A stretch of 58,006 bases of DNA, filler included, from Catajapyx aquilonaris (GCA_000934665.2; 4 parts of 4 records of this genome joined end to end with filler, not necessarily neighbours in it), one strand, 5' to 3'. Positions 36,482-50,891 are shown, counted from the whole stretch's first letter. Translations and numbers: made by a program. Notes: generated by a model not told the origin, from the letters alone.

Positions 36482-38396
36482 CCACCACTTTATTTATCGT
36501 ATCCCTCTCTCTTTGTACACATGCAGTCGTTCTAAATACAATCATGTGATTGGTGCTTTTTCAAATTTGCTTCATTTGCTCAACCCAAATAGCAGATTCC
36601 GCCTCTTGCATCGCCAAATCAGTCAAGCAACGGTTATATTTGCGTAAGCCAAGTTAGGAGGCCAGAAACGTTAATTGCGTATGAGTATTACAACATAATT
36701 TTTGCGCTATATGCGACGGGGTCAAATGTGATGTTTATACAGTTTTAGTTCCCGTTCCTCCTGATTAGCTTGTTTAATTGTTACCTACTGAAGTGGTAAT
36801 ATTGTTTTATACACACAAGGTGTTTTATAATGACTGAAACTTCTGGGTTAACTTCCTGGGCACCAGACCATAATTCTATGCTGCTGTCTGGTTAATGGTA
36901 AAATTAGCATTAATCAGTGAGTGCATTACCGTATATTTTCTTCTATATTGTTATACAACTTACAGGTCGACAGTTTAGTCACCTCGACCATATTGCCTGC
37001 TAAGCCTAATGAGCTATAGCAGTTTGCACTAAAGTTGATGGCAAAACCATTTACGCCTACGTACCGGTATATCATATTATGATATCCTGAGCGTTTTTGA
37101 ATTTGGTGCGCTAGGATGTGCATAGAGAATTCGAACTTTGCGGTTCCAAATGCGGTTCAATATGCTCCTGCCATCTCTTGGATGGTGACTCAACTACCAT
37201 AGCAGACACAGATTCTCCCCTGTTCCCGCCAAGTCGAGTCGTATATGCCAAGGTTATGTTGCTCCCGCGTGATCGCTTATGTAAACATGCGCCCTCAGTG
37301 CAGGATGTTTCGTAAAGTCTGGACCCTTGGGAGTTTCTCATAGTACAGTGTTGTGGTAATATTATGTAACCACAATAACAATGTATAGTGACTGAGTAAA
37401 CTTGTTAGGCCTATCGACTTTCTGAGAGCCAGACGATTCTTTAAAAAAAATCTTAGACACCCTGTAGATGAATTTTTCCGGCATTTTACATTCAAAAGGA
37501 CCACCACGAATTAAAATGATTAATTTTGACGCGAAGTTGTTTGGACAAAAAAAGAAAGAAACGGCCCAAAAACCTGCCAAAAACTTAGGCATCAAAGGGT
37601 TAAATTCAACAAGGTAAAGTGTGGAGCAACGCATAACTACCAGATATTTTATACCTTGCGGAAGAAGCTCATTTTCTTGGTAATGAGGCTACGTGGCCAC
37701 ATGACACCCGTTCACGAAGTGTACCTCTCGTGCTCAGGAGGTCACCTTAGGAGGTTTGTCTAAATCATTAAACTATTTGTGTGGCATAGTGGGAATAGCT
37801 TCAGAAGGGAGAGAAACAGCAGTTATAGAAAAGGGACAGAGCTAGTGCTGGTGTTAAGTTATAGTATGGCCGGGAAATGACACAAAATAGTATACTCTAC
37901 GTATATTAGGTTTGATTACATGAAAATAATTGTGTGAGATACGTGGCAATATCTTGCGCCATATTTTATAAGGAACAGTAGATGAAATAAGTTACTAAAT
38001 AATAATTTACAAGAAGTATAATAACAATTTTTAGGGAAGGGGTTGACAAAATAGGTGTGATTGTCATTTCAGCCGTATTAGGTCCCTTTCCTATAAGTTA
38101 TGCCTAGTATAAAATTGCGCTAGTTTTTTTAGGTAATTTCTGATCCATTAGCAAGACAATGTATTTACAATATTTTAATAATGTTAACGAAGTGAGTGTT
38201 TATGGAGATCTTTCTATGGCAAATCTACAAGGGTAATAAACAGGACTTGGTTTTTCAGCAGGGTATATTTCCACATGTTGCCACAAACCACTGGTGTCTT
38301 CACGAGCATAACTGGCAGTCACTTATATCAGTAATGGATCCGAGATGTTCTAAAAAAAAAGTCGAGCAATTTCATTTGAAATATTGAGAGTTAATA

Positions 38397-39017
38397 CAGT
38401 AAAACTTCTAGAATTAAGTCGAATCTCCATGGGACCTGAAAAAACTTCGAGTTATAGAAGATTAGAGTTAGAGAAGTTTGGATTTTTTTAAAGCACATAA
38501 CTCTATATAACCTCCTGAGACCTGATGTCCAATATATTGGACATCAGGTTTCAGGAGGATAAGGAAGCCTACCTTTATATACAGCGACGAAAGGTGTTCA
38601 AAACTTAAAAATGTCTGTGACGATCACTCTTACAATGTCCGTCGTTGTTTTGTTGTTAAAAATATCTCTGTTATGGACATTTGCCTACACTTAGATTCAA
38701 GGATTCGATTGTCACAATCGAGTCAAACACTTCTTTCGGTACGTCTGGTAGACGGAGATCAGGAAATTGAGCCTTTCTGCTGGCCTACTCTCGACCCTTC
38801 GGCAGGGAAATGAGACAATTTTCCGTACTCGCCAACATTAACTTCGACTTAGGGAGACTGAAAATGCATTGATATCCCACATCGTAAGGCTCTGCCTGCA
38901 CTTCGAGTTATAGAAATTCGAGTTAGGGAAGTTTATTTCCTATTATTTTACATTGTGACCAACCAAGCCCATCATTTTCGTCGACTTATAGAGAACGTCG
39001 ACTTCTGATACTACTGA
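38397..39017. mobile_element. Tigger/pogo-like MITE (TA|CAGTAAAAC terminus)
   Basis: Left end tacagtaaaacttcta...aagtcgaatctccatgggacc is also present at 49777. Repeated ttcgagtta motifs at both ends. Confidence 0.65.
38511..38558. mobile_element. 48-bp palindromic mini-insertion with 4-bp ATAA duplication
   Basis: ataa|cctcctgagacctgatgtccaatatattggacatcaggtttcaggagg|ataa. Confidence 0.7.
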
Positions 39018-42000
39018 TAGTTATACCGGAGAAGAGATACACACCAGCATTTACACCGCTCTATGTGTCCTTCTGGGATAACTCGGATTTGCTTCTGTGT
39101 AACATCACCTGGAACACAGGAGGCATCATCTCGTCGGTTCAAGAATGGCGTTACTATACCAATGTGCCCATGTCGGCGATGTCGCATCTGTCTTCAGGTA
39201 AGTAAAATAAAGAGGCTGTTCACCCTACCAGCATTTTAGAAATTCGACAATGTTTCATAACCCAACATGAGCCACAATCCGTACCTGGCTTATATTTGAA
39301 TTGGTGGTCATGGTCATGCAGGCACTAAAAGACTAAATAAAGGATCCTCGCGCTGAATTTAGACCCCATACCTTTGTCACGCACAGACATGCAGTGCCAC
39401 GTCCCCTATAGTCAAGCGGTACTCCATGTTTATATGGCGACCTCCCACCTCCCTTTTTCTTCTCACATAAGTAGACAAAGTGGAAATTACATGTTGTACA
39501 TGAAAATAACAGCGGGGTTGAATAAATTCATGACGGAATCGTTTGTTCAAGAATGCAGGTAACATGCACTAAACTATATAGTAGGCCTACCGTACTGTAC
39601 GTACCGTACGTTGTATGTCACGACAAGAGATCGCAGAGAGTGGAGGGACCATTATTATTTTCTTCTACACATCATACTCGTATACTGCCATTCTGGAATT
39701 TCATATTGTTGCTCCCAGAAGCACTGCTTTTGTCGATGCCTTTTTATGCCATCGTCCGAAAAAACAGTTCGGTATCATAAACTAAAGTGTAGCGCATGCA
39801 TCAGACATGAGAAAAACGTAGTCAGAGAGTGGTTTGGCACGTATGTCAGGTGCATCTCATCCGTGAGATTGGTCCATTCGTCTCGCCTCCTCTCTTATTC
39901 TCTCCTCCTGGCGGCGCAGTAATAGAGCTGTCAAGGTTAAAAATGAAGGCCTCGGAAGCCGCCACCGCCGCCTCTTTTCACCTCAACTCCCTTCCATTCA
40001 CCCCTTCCCCACCCCCCATATCAGCTACCATGGAACCAAGCCGTACACCCCTACTACTTTCTACTATCCGGTCTCGACCTCAACATGGCGGCCAGAGACC
40101 GAACGACTAACCGCTAACTAAGGAGCTGCTACCGCACTTCCGCCCACTCACGACCTCCCATCCATTATGTACTACACCTCTTAGTCTGCAACCACCCACC
40201 CACCCACCATCTTTAATTTATTCTCCTCCAGGCTGGAAGGTATCATGATCCATTCTAGCCTCCAGCCCTTGGCCATCATTCATCCATTCACACTTTTTCA
40301 AGTAGATGGGTTGTAGTATGTCATTTGCTGACGTAATTATAATACTTAGGGCATTTATCCACACTAGGTCAGGAAGGGTTTTCTTTTCAAGACGTCAATC
40401 TCATTATATGAAATGGGTGCCGGTACATGTTTATGTGTAGTGTGCTGATGGATCAAGGAAAGTTTTGATCAACTGTACATTTGAAGGCATCGTTGTTGAT
40501 TGGTTTTTGACTGGAGCTATGCAATGTGGTCAACATTTATTGGAGTATGCAATGGCCTTTTAAAATTCTGATCTGAACAAACGCTACAGAGTCGTGAATG
40601 TTGTTAATTATAGTCGTGTAGGATATCAATACACGTCATTATTTGTTCAATTCCTTTTCATTCATTCACCGACTATTTGGCCAGTGATTCGTGATGAATA
40701 ACTTACCTACTATGAATATGTAAAGATATAACCTACAGCATATTCTCTCTGTCGATGTACTTTTACAAATTAAATATTTCTCGGACATAAAATGGACAAT
40801 TTCACTTATGTAAGGTGTTGATATGTTCATTTAAATCTTTTGAAGTCTGTATATAGACTCCGCAGCAATAATGATTCTTCATTACAGTAACTCCCCTAAG
40901 ATTCACATACAATAATTTTTTATATGGCATTCTGAAGTTGTTACCAGTACATATTTTGTGAGCTACACTGTACGTAGATCACGGTCAGCTTCCAGCAATG
41001 CCATTGTTAGTCTTTTGGCCTGCTAACGGAAAGAATAATGGATACGTGCTACTGTATTAACATTTTTCAACGCTCCCAGTTTTTGCACTGTCCTACACAA
41101 ACACATACTGAATCGATGACCCTCAGGTGCACAAGACAAAAATATTCTACAAGGCCAGCATCATCACACCTAACTGTAACTAAAAATGTGTACAGATAAC
41201 ACTCCACACATCCCTTCAATCTACCTACTACTTATCCCCATCATAAAAGTTGGATCATGAAGCTACATATTTAGAAGACAGTAGGTGGAGTCAAGTAGCA
41301 AAAGATGATTTGAGTTTGTGGTATAGCAAAAGGTAGGCTTAAAAAAAAATCAAATAAAAAGGTGGACGGCGTGACGAAAGGGGACTCCACTTGTCACCTG
41401 TTGACCTCCGTAAGGGAAATTGGGGCTCCTTTGTGTGCGCAAATTGCTGCCTTTGTGGTGCGCACTCGAGGCGGCGCGAATCAATCCCTTTTTCACAAGT
41501 GGCGCCGCTTAAACGGGAGCTCTTTCTGCCCCCCTACCCTCACAAGAGAAGGGGGTGACCAAAAAAAAAAAAAAAAACTCAGCAGAGGAATGCGCCTTTT
41601 TAATGGATAATTATCCCCCCTACATCTTTCTAATATATAATGAGCGCAAAAGGGAGAGATGGGAGGAGGATGGGAGGGGGAAGGGGGACACCTGCAGCTG
41701 ACGGTACATTCGCCCTCAAAGCTACCTGCTCAGTCTAAAATGTTTTATTTTTGGTGCGCGTCTAATAGCCGTTTTTCGGTTCACATTGGCTTAACAGGTG
41801 GAAAAGTATTTCTCCATTATTGTTAGGTAGTCAGAAATATTTGGTATGTCGGATTTTTTCACCTGGACTCTGGACTGTGCTTGGAGTGTACAGTGTACTG
41901 TATCGCTTTATGTGGTGTTTTAACTTTTTTGGCCGGATTTTAGCAATTCCACAGAATGCTCACTCCTTTAATTCAAACAGCAGAAAATTATAGGGACCTG

Positions 42001-43325
42001 CAAAGACGTTTCTGTGACCTGAGTTCACGTTATCAAGATTTTCTATAACTTATAATAATAATTTATAATAATATTATGCTTATATAATTAGTAATATTAC
42101 TAGTACCAGGTCCTCGATTTGTCACTGGAATCTCCCTTTGGGTGACCCCATTTCTCATATAATTAATAATAGCTTATAACTCACAGTTATAGTCACAATA
42201 TATTGAGGCCTGGTTGCATGGGGTCAAAATAGTATCAAAATAGGGCTATCTGATTTTGTGTTGTGAACACCAGAGCAATATCTGATATTCTTGTACACAC
42301 CACTATTTCAATCCTGATTAATGAAAACAGAACTCGATATGGGCCATCATTATTGCAAAACAGTAGCCTATATTTGTGTATGCATTACAAGCTATTTTGC
42401 TTTCATTTTCCAAGAAAGCACAACACGATTTTGAAAACCAGAGCTTCATTTTGCAATCTCAATGCATACGTCAATGAGTCCTGTTGTACTGGAACAAGGT
42501 GGATGTATACTGGACTGTGTGCGAGCTATATGCAGTAAGCATTAGACTATTAGGTAAACACACAGTTCTTCTCTGTTTTTCTGGGGGGGGGGGGGGGNNG
42601 TTCTGGCTCTCAGCACTGAAAATGTTCAAAAGCGCTGATTTCCTTATGTATCCTATACACTATGTATTGTTTGACTAATGTACGAGAAGGACGCAAGACA
42701 ATGCCTGTCTCACTTGGTAGCCTATAGCAAGAGCATTACCCAAAGTCTAACGCCGCTCAAATGGTGCATCAGCATTAAACTCTGAGCACCTAGATCATGA
42801 GGTTTAGACTTCTACCGAGAAACCTTCATTTGTTTAGCAACTCCCAGGAAATCTCTGGCACATCAGTGGCCAGGGGATGAAGGGGTGACACACCCAAGAG
42901 GCTACGGAATATATAGACTTGGTGGTGAGATTATACTCGATATATAGGTATACAATATCTGATACCATTATTCAAAATGCCTCCATAGAAGTATTATGCG
43001 CATAGTCCTAATTGATGATCTGTGACGTCATATAGGAGTGGTTGTTGAGAGGAAAGCTGTCGTTCAACACTTTCCACGCCAAAACGGTTCCTGGACGTGC
43101 TATCAGCAAAATACTGACCAGTATAGTTAACCACGGGAAAATTTTAGAGGAACGCTTGCCAAGTGAGGGACACCGTGACCAGCAAGCCATGGCACCGCAG
43201 ATTCCCAAAGGGCACGAGACATTAGTAACTCATTCCGAGGTTCGACAGGATGAATGTTTCAGCTAATTCCGGGAAAATGACAGCATATAAATAGCAAAAA
43301 AGGTAAGATCATTTCCCTGTACATA

Positions 43326-43620
43326 CGAGGGCGAATCAGAAAGTAATTGAAACATTTTTTCATTGAGAAATTTCACTAGAGAAACTGAAACTGAGATATA
43401 CATATGCAAGGGCAAGTCTTTCTCTAATTTTAGACATAGTCACCATACACTTTGGTGCACTTGTCCCAGCGGGACACTAGCTTTTCCATACCCCTGCAGA
43501 AATGAAGCGTCAGACTGGGTGGGAAGCCAGTGGGGGATGGCCTCTTTCACTTCCTCGATGTCGCTGAAGTTCTGACCTGCCAGGTGCTTCTTCATTGGTC
43601 CAAAGAGATGGTAGACCATG
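43326..43620 (-). mobile_element. Mariner element 3' end (transposase C-terminus plus TIR)
   Basis: YHLFGPMKKHLAGQNFSDIEEVKEAIPHWL...FLQG, and TA|CGAGGG TIR at 43324. Confidence 0.85.
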
Positions 43621-43680
43621 GTTAAAACCATATCTTTGGACCAATGAAGAAGCACCTGGCAGGTCAGAACTGCAGCGACA

Positions 43681-43780
43681 NNNNNNNNNNNNNNNNNNNN
43701 NNNNNNNNNNNNNNNNNNNNNNNNTTAATTAATTAANNNNNNNNNNNNNNNNNNNNNNNNNNNNNNNNNNNNNNNNNNNN
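43681..43780. other. Artificial contig-joining linker
   Basis: N44-TTAATTAATTAA-N44. Confidence 0.97.
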
Positions 43781-46051
43781 TAGTCGCCAAAGTGGCGACT
43801 AGCCATCTTTATTCAGTCGCCAATGGATAACCTAAAGTCGCGAAATGCGACTGGCGACCGGTTAATTTCGAACCCTGTGTACGATTTGTTACAAGAGTCT
43901 GTGGGTGATGTGCACATAATTATGCATGACTACCTGCATATGAGGTGTGTATCAGTTTCAGGAGCCCCCTGTTTGCAGGTGGATTCTGGACCCTAGTCTA
44001 GGAGAAAAATCTGCAAATCTGATGGTTAGAAGCAAAATGGGAAACAAGTTGCTAACAAGCCTTTTTAGACTAATTCGACCACGCTGATTTCGAAAATCGC
44101 TGTTAGCACTCTGGATTTTGGGTCCTTGTGCCCGAAAAACAATATGGCGTCTGAGATGGCGGTATTTCCTATAATTACAACTTATTGGCGTGTTTTACCC
44201 TAAATATCGCATGTGAGATATGGTTTTAGGGGTTTCCTGGGTCGCTAAGGTCATCCATGAGTGACCCAAGGTCATATGATGTCACTGAAAGTAGAAAATC
44301 TGAAATGGTGGGAAATTTTATGGCATTTGAGAGGTCTTGCTTGTAACACACACATACGGCTGTCACAGAATACGTTGTCACTAGCAATATTTCATTTTAT
44401 TATGACAAATGTATAGTCAAAGGATTGTAACCATCAGACAAGTCCAGTACTTACACTTGCACGCCAAGCATTGCATACCTATGTATCTTTTCTACCGTGT
44501 ACATGTATACAGGGGCGGAAACTTAGCATGCCTTATTCGCTTTGGTGGATGGTAGAGGAGTTCTCAATCTAGGCGATCGTTTTAAGTGTAGGTAACGGGG
44601 ATCTCTGCAGACTAGTTACCGAGATAATTATCACTAAATATACAGTGCGTTATATCAAATTAGCTATATATTTCGGAGACAGCCTACGGCACCTACATCG
44701 CCTAAGTCATTGCCTGATACACCTGATGGGATCGTAAATTTAAATTAAATTGCGTGTTAAAACCTGACAATAAAATAAAACATGTCAGGAGATTTTATAC
44801 CTTACCTTTGAAGCCAATTATCGCAAGTTAACACCAATCTGGACCACAATACTCGTATATTGGCGGAGTTCCTGAAGAGTGTGTGGAAATAATGTACTGC
44901 CGCTGCAAATTGGAGGGTTGCAGGAACAAACACTGTAATGTAGGAGCTCCTTCCCTATCCCTGGTCCCATCCAATGGTGGTAATCCACCCCCCTACGGGA
45001 GCCAAAGGCTCTAGCACGGGGTATGATTAAAATAAAATATATTTTTATTACTGTCATATGCACACTTTACAAAATACAATTTGCTGTGATGCGCTGTGAT
45101 GTGTGCTCTAAAAAATATGACGTGGGGTATATTTGGACCCCAGGGACGCTTAGCAGCATAAAAGGACTGGTAACTCCGCAAAAAAACAATTCTACTGATG
45201 TCAAAATTTGTCATTGGATCGAAGAAAGTATGTCTGAGGAATATTGGCCTGCCATTTTTCATTTCATACCAAATTTATTAATCGCGATGGTATTAACTAC
45301 ATTGTGGGGTCCAAAAAGACCCCACGTTGGTGGTTAAGGGTTAAAAATACATTGTGCCATTTTGCTCATGTTTATGATTGACAACAAAGGATATTTTTGA
45401 CTTCTAAGGTACAGATTGTGCACAGAATTACTTTTCTTGAATTATTATTATTAGTAACACGGATGTAGCACTAGGAATGTAAATGAATGCCATTTGAAGT
45501 GTTTTGATTTCTTATGTTTATTTTTTCAGCTCAATTGGTTCGCACCTTCATGTTCTTGGGGTTCCAGCCTTTGCCTCCAGGAACCACACTGACTCCCAAC
45601 ATCTCAGACAATATTTTTATGGCTTATGTGATTGAATGAAAAACAAACAGGAATGCAGAATACAGGTGATGGTGGATAGAGCAAGCAGAAGTTAACGTAG
45701 ATGGCAACCTGTAATACTTATTGTAGTAGTTTTCTGAGGCCGGGCGCAAATTGACAATTTGGGTAGCCGGGATGAAAATAGCGCATGCGCTGGAAATTGC
45801 CCGCAAGATGCCTGGTTTCTTGCATGCAAGAAACTTGGGGGAAACCTGAATGCATATGCCATGACATGGCTGCCGTCAAGCAGGAAAACATGATACTACT
45901 TATTTGGCTCCAAGTCGCCTGTTTGCGCCCCGCCTTGTGCATCAGTGGGATGATTGATGTTGCCAGTTCAGTACATAAACATAAAGCAATACTTGCAGAA
46001 AATTTCTGATTTGAACATACAGGGGTTGGACGTAATAATAGGGCCCCCTGC

Positions 46052-46382
46052 TGGGAGGTGCTGTGGCTGAGATGGTAATGTCTCGGCTTGCTGAGTGAAA
46101 GGTCCCAGGTTCGATCCCTGCCTGGGAGTTCCCTTTCACCTGGGTCGGGAGGGTCTCTGACCCGCGTCTAGGAGGTGTCTTGGCAACCTAACCTCCTGGG
46201 GGACTGCACATGACCCGACACAGTGGCATTGCACCTGCATCTGTGTCCCCTCCCCAGAAATCCCCATCCCTACCCTATATGCCCTGTCTTTCTTGCATGG
46301 TGATTGAAGAAAAATAGAGAAAATTTGAGTGAAAAATTGTGGTATTCCACCCCCCTACTGACCCTTATTGGGTTATAACAGG

Positions 46383-46441
<59 letters not shown>
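46052..46441 (+). mobile_element. tRNA-derived SINE (family B)
   Basis: A-box TGGCTGAGATGG, B-box GGTTCGATCCC, (AAT)n tail, TSD agggccccctgc (46040-46051 and 46442-46453). Confidence 0.88.
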
Positions 46442-46442
<1 letters not shown>

Positions 46443-46749
46443 GGGCCCCCTGCAAAATCCAGGTGAAGCGGTACCTGCTCTTAACTTCCCAGCTAATCAG
46501 GAATGATCAAAGTGGAGTATATGGTTGCATTATCCATTCACGGTGACATAATCTCAGCTTTGTAATGCTTATTCCTGCACAGCATTTGTTGTGCTATAAA
46601 AAGTTTTAAGAATGGTTGTTAGCATTGGAAATATAACCTCATCATTTCCATATTTAAAGAAGAGTGAGATTATGGGGAATTTTCATGTAGCCTACCGGTA
46701 GTGTTGTATAGGAACCACAACTGCGTTACATGAGAGAGATGTGTACTTA

Positions 46750-47807
46750 CAAGGGGGGGCCATGAAGTGGGCTCTGTCAGATTTGCATGAAACTTGCACA
46801 GTAGGTGTATCACAAACCTACAATTTCACTGGTATGGGCCATTTACTGCTACGGCCAGCCGTTTTCGATCTATGAGGAACAATAGATCCGCATGGGTGCG
46901 TTCAGGAGAGTAAGGTAAGGGATCGGGAAGCACTAGGAAAGCTGGCTGTTCAGTTTCCAGGGGCACGCAGCTAGTAAACAACAAGGTAACCAACAGCGCA
47001 ATTCTCCAGGGAGGGTTCGAATCATCTTCAGGACCAATTTGGTTCATTTTATGTTTGCTTTTTCCGTCCCGCATTACCTTTACCCTGTACCCATAATGCC
47101 AATGCACAGTTCCCTTCATTTATGGGACCCAGCATGCACGCCTCTTATCGACATGACGCAATAACCACAACTTTCAAGGCAAATCAGGAACAAAACACAG
47201 GGGGTAGCTGCTTCGAGACTCTGCTGCACACTTTCGTGCAGACATCATCCGAAACCATCTGCCAGAAACCACTCAAAACCTTTCCTCCCGATGAGTAGTT
47301 GTTCTAATGCACTTGTGGGCTTATTTTCCTCAAAATCTTTCAGGCAATACATTTTGCATTGCTCCATCAAAACGGAAGCAATATTTTTGAAACTGACACA
47401 TTGGAAAGGGTCGAGGCTCTCCATTGTTTAACACAAATCAGTGATTGGAGGAAAACAAGTCAAAAATTAAACCAGGCCTCACTTGCAAAGCAGCTTGCCA
47501 ATGGAACAACAACTGAAGATGATTCTAATGTGATTCGAATCCTCCTTAGAGAATTGCGCTGTTGGTTACCTTGTTGTTTACTAGCTGCGTGCCCCTGGAA
47601 ACTGAACAGCCCGCTTTGCTAGTGCTTCCCGTCCCCTTACCTTACTCTCCTGAACGCACCCATGCGGATCTATTGTCCCTCATAGATCAACAACGCCTGG
47701 CCATAGCAGAAAATGGCCCGTACCAGTGAAATTGTAGGCCTGTGATATACACCTACTGTGCAAGTTTCATGCAAATCTAACAGAGCCCACTTCATGGCCC
47801 CCCCTTG
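46750..47807. mobile_element. Non-autonomous DNA element with about 260-bp TIRs
   Basis: caagggggggccatgaagtgggctctg...aacaaggtaaccaacagcgcaattct is mirrored at about 47549-47807. Confidence 0.85.
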
Positions 47808-47880
47808 TTAGTGTCAAAGTTAGCCTGCCTATATCAACCTGAATTGTACTTAACTGGCAACAGCAATGTGAGGACTAATT

Positions 47881-48138
47881 ATTGAAGACCTCGGGAGAAA
47901 AACGATCAAGGTCCACTCAGGTGAAACTGAGATACAGTAATTCAATTTTAAATTTCGAAGGCCCACAAGGCTCCATTGTAAATCCCACTTTCGGGGCCTT
48001 CCATAGTGACCTATGACCATAACTTCGCAACCACGACCAAACCATCATATTCTACACTAGTGAAAGTATCTTTTGAGATCTGTAACTCATTTTGACAAAC
48101 GGTGGACCTTGATCGTTCTTCCCCCCAGGTCTTCAATT
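47881..48138. mobile_element. MITE with about 37-bp TIRs
   Basis: attgaagacct...aacgatcaaggtccac / gtggaccttgatcgtt...aggtcttcaat. Confidence 0.75.
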
Positions 48139-49834
48139 ATTATTGTAGTTTGCCTGCAGATATGTAGGCTATTCTAAAGTGCTTGATTCCTGTTGTGTCA
48201 TTTTACCTAGAATAAGAGCTTTTTGTTGGAAAAGGGACAATTCATTCTCATGTTCACCCACATTTGATTGGTTGTGTGAGAAAATTCTGCTGTTTCTTTT
48301 TGGCAAGGTGAGCATATGAAACCACTGACAGCATTAGTATTTGCAGTTAGTGCGTTCAGATTTTCACAAGCGGGAGAGAGAGATTGCTCATAATATGTGA
48401 TCTGATGTTCATCTCCTCTTTCGGGTAAGAGCAGGATGTTTCTCATACAATTTCTGCCCCCTGTGCTGAAGAATGACAAGCAAAGCAAAACTTTAAAAAA
48501 AAAAAAAAAACAAAAAAAAAAGTTGAGGTTGGAAGAAAATACATTTGAATTCCACTTTATGGAATATCTTGGCAGATGTGTGACAATTTCTCTATCATAT
48601 TTTGGAGTAGGCCTACTTGTTACGCAGTACATGTTAGTACACCTTCATTATTGTAAATTTGTTTAGAAATGCACCTGATGAACTTGGGGAATAATGTTTC
48701 TAATATATTGTATCATGGATCAGCTTTAGAATTTAATTAATAAAATTGATACACTTTCTTTTGGTTTCTGGGTTTTGGAATTTGTAAACAGTAGCTTCTA
48801 ATAAAGTTCACAGTCTGTCAAAGTGGATGTTATTATATTGTTACAGCCAGTGTGCATAACATGACCAAATGGATGATCATACCTTACCTATTTGCTTGGA
48901 TTTTTGGTGCAAAATAATGTTGCTTGATAGTGTGTATTGTACAGTATCAGTATAAAAGTTAAATATAGTGGTTTTTAAAAAATCCGTTACCCCATGATAG
49001 GGCCAGAGGCCCTCTTGTCCAGTCAAATTATGCGATTTTAGGCCTCAACCTGGAACTAACTGCAACAGAAATGGTGTCAACTGATTCTATAGTAAAAAAT
49101 GGCGCTAAAACCAATGGCGTAAAGTCTGTCACTATCTGGTGGCCCCAAGAGCCGCCATCATGAAAAAATGGCAGCCAAATCAGATATATTGGACAAAAAA
49201 CATTTTTTAATCACGGAAACGACTAGGTTATAATGACCATTGAACTGGACATAAATGAAAGAGCATAGAATGCACTTCAAGATGACACACTCATTTTCTC
49301 TGTAGAGTGCATAGTGTCGAATCTAGACGTTTTTTAAAATGTATTCACAGGATCGCATTTGCCATCTTCTGGCAAACGGAGTATTTTATGGTGAATTGGG
49401 ATAAAAGAAGAGTTTTTTAGGCCTATATGTAAAGTACGTAGTATTGGTGAATAACTGCATTTCATGCATTAATAACATAGCCTACATGTTTACTTTCATC
49501 TCCAACTACAGTAGACTCCGGATGTAAGAGTCTTCAATGGACTGCGGAACTCAGTCTGTTACAACCGAGATCTGTTATAGGAAGATACACATGCCATATA
49601 TGGCAGTATGGGCGGTCCCAGCATACCACCAAAAGGCCATGTGCATATTTACTCCGGATATAGCACACCCATTTTCACCTCACCTCGGTTATATAATTTC
49701 TCGGCCCTTCGGTGGGAACATATGCTGTTTTCGATTACTCGGCGTCTACTTCCCACTTGCAGGCATTATAACAACTACAGTAAAACTTCTATAAGTCGAA
49801 TCTCCATGGGACCGTGAATAAACTTCGAGTTATA

Positions 49835-50277
49835 CAGGGTGTATCAGAGTCACGGGTCAAGCGCGCGCGAGGGGGTGGGGAAAAATCATAACCCCGGTCG
49901 GTTTTATAAAACAATTAGAAATACGGCAGTAATCAATTTATTTATTACGGCCGTACGGCATGACGTCACATCCTTTCTGTATTCGAATTGACCCCCCGCG
50001 GACTGGCAAATGCAGGGCAAATGTATTGGGTTGAACCTGGTTGACGGGTTTTTAGCCTTGCGGGTTGCACTGAAAAAGGCTGTTCAACCAGGTTCAACCG
50101 AAAGCATTTGCCTTGCATTTGCCAGTCCGCTGGGGTCAATTCGAATACAGAAAGGATGTGACGTCACGCCGTACGACCGTAATAAATAAATTGATTACTC
50201 CCGACCGGGTTTGTCGCCACCTATGATTTTTCCCCGCCCCCTCGCGCGCGCTTGACCTGTGACTCTGATACACCCTG
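49835..50277. mobile_element. Fully palindromic Tc1/mariner-type MITE inserted in a Tigger-like end
   Basis: TA|cagggtgtatcagagtcac...gtgactctgatacaccctg|TA; the arms are complementary almost to the centre. Confidence 0.88.
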
Positions 50278-50891
50278 TATATTATTTTGGAAGAGTGGGC
50301 ATGTGCAAGGGGTGAAATAAGTGGCCCGTGAAATTGCAGTACATCTCCAAACTCTGAAACATCCCAAACACACGGAAACCAATTCTTTGCACAATTTGGA
50401 GCAACGATATGAGTATTTACATATCATTTCTGTATTCAACTCATATTTTGGGGGAGGCATGACACTTCATGCGCCCTGTTGTCATAACATGAGAACAATA
50501 GATCAGTGAAATAATTTCATTCATGCCAGATACAGGTCAGTCTGAACTGCAATGCTTGTTGTTGCATGCTTTTCTTCTCCATTTTCAGGATGTGCTCACA
50601 GTGCAGGATAGTCTTCACTTTCAATTAAGAATCCAACATATTGCCTCCAAATATTTACAATATGATGCCCTATGCTTGCACCATATGTGCCTATGTGATG
50701 GTGATGGTCAGTACTGTTTATATGGGCAGTAAGCTAGTAGGCCTACAGTACATTTACATAATTTATTGCAGTGTCAACATGTGCCTTTTAATGAGTTTAT
50801 GATATGCAAAATAAGCACATATATAATATGTATGTATGTATGTGTGTATGTAGTCTATGTATGTATGTATGTAGTCTATGTATGTATGTAT

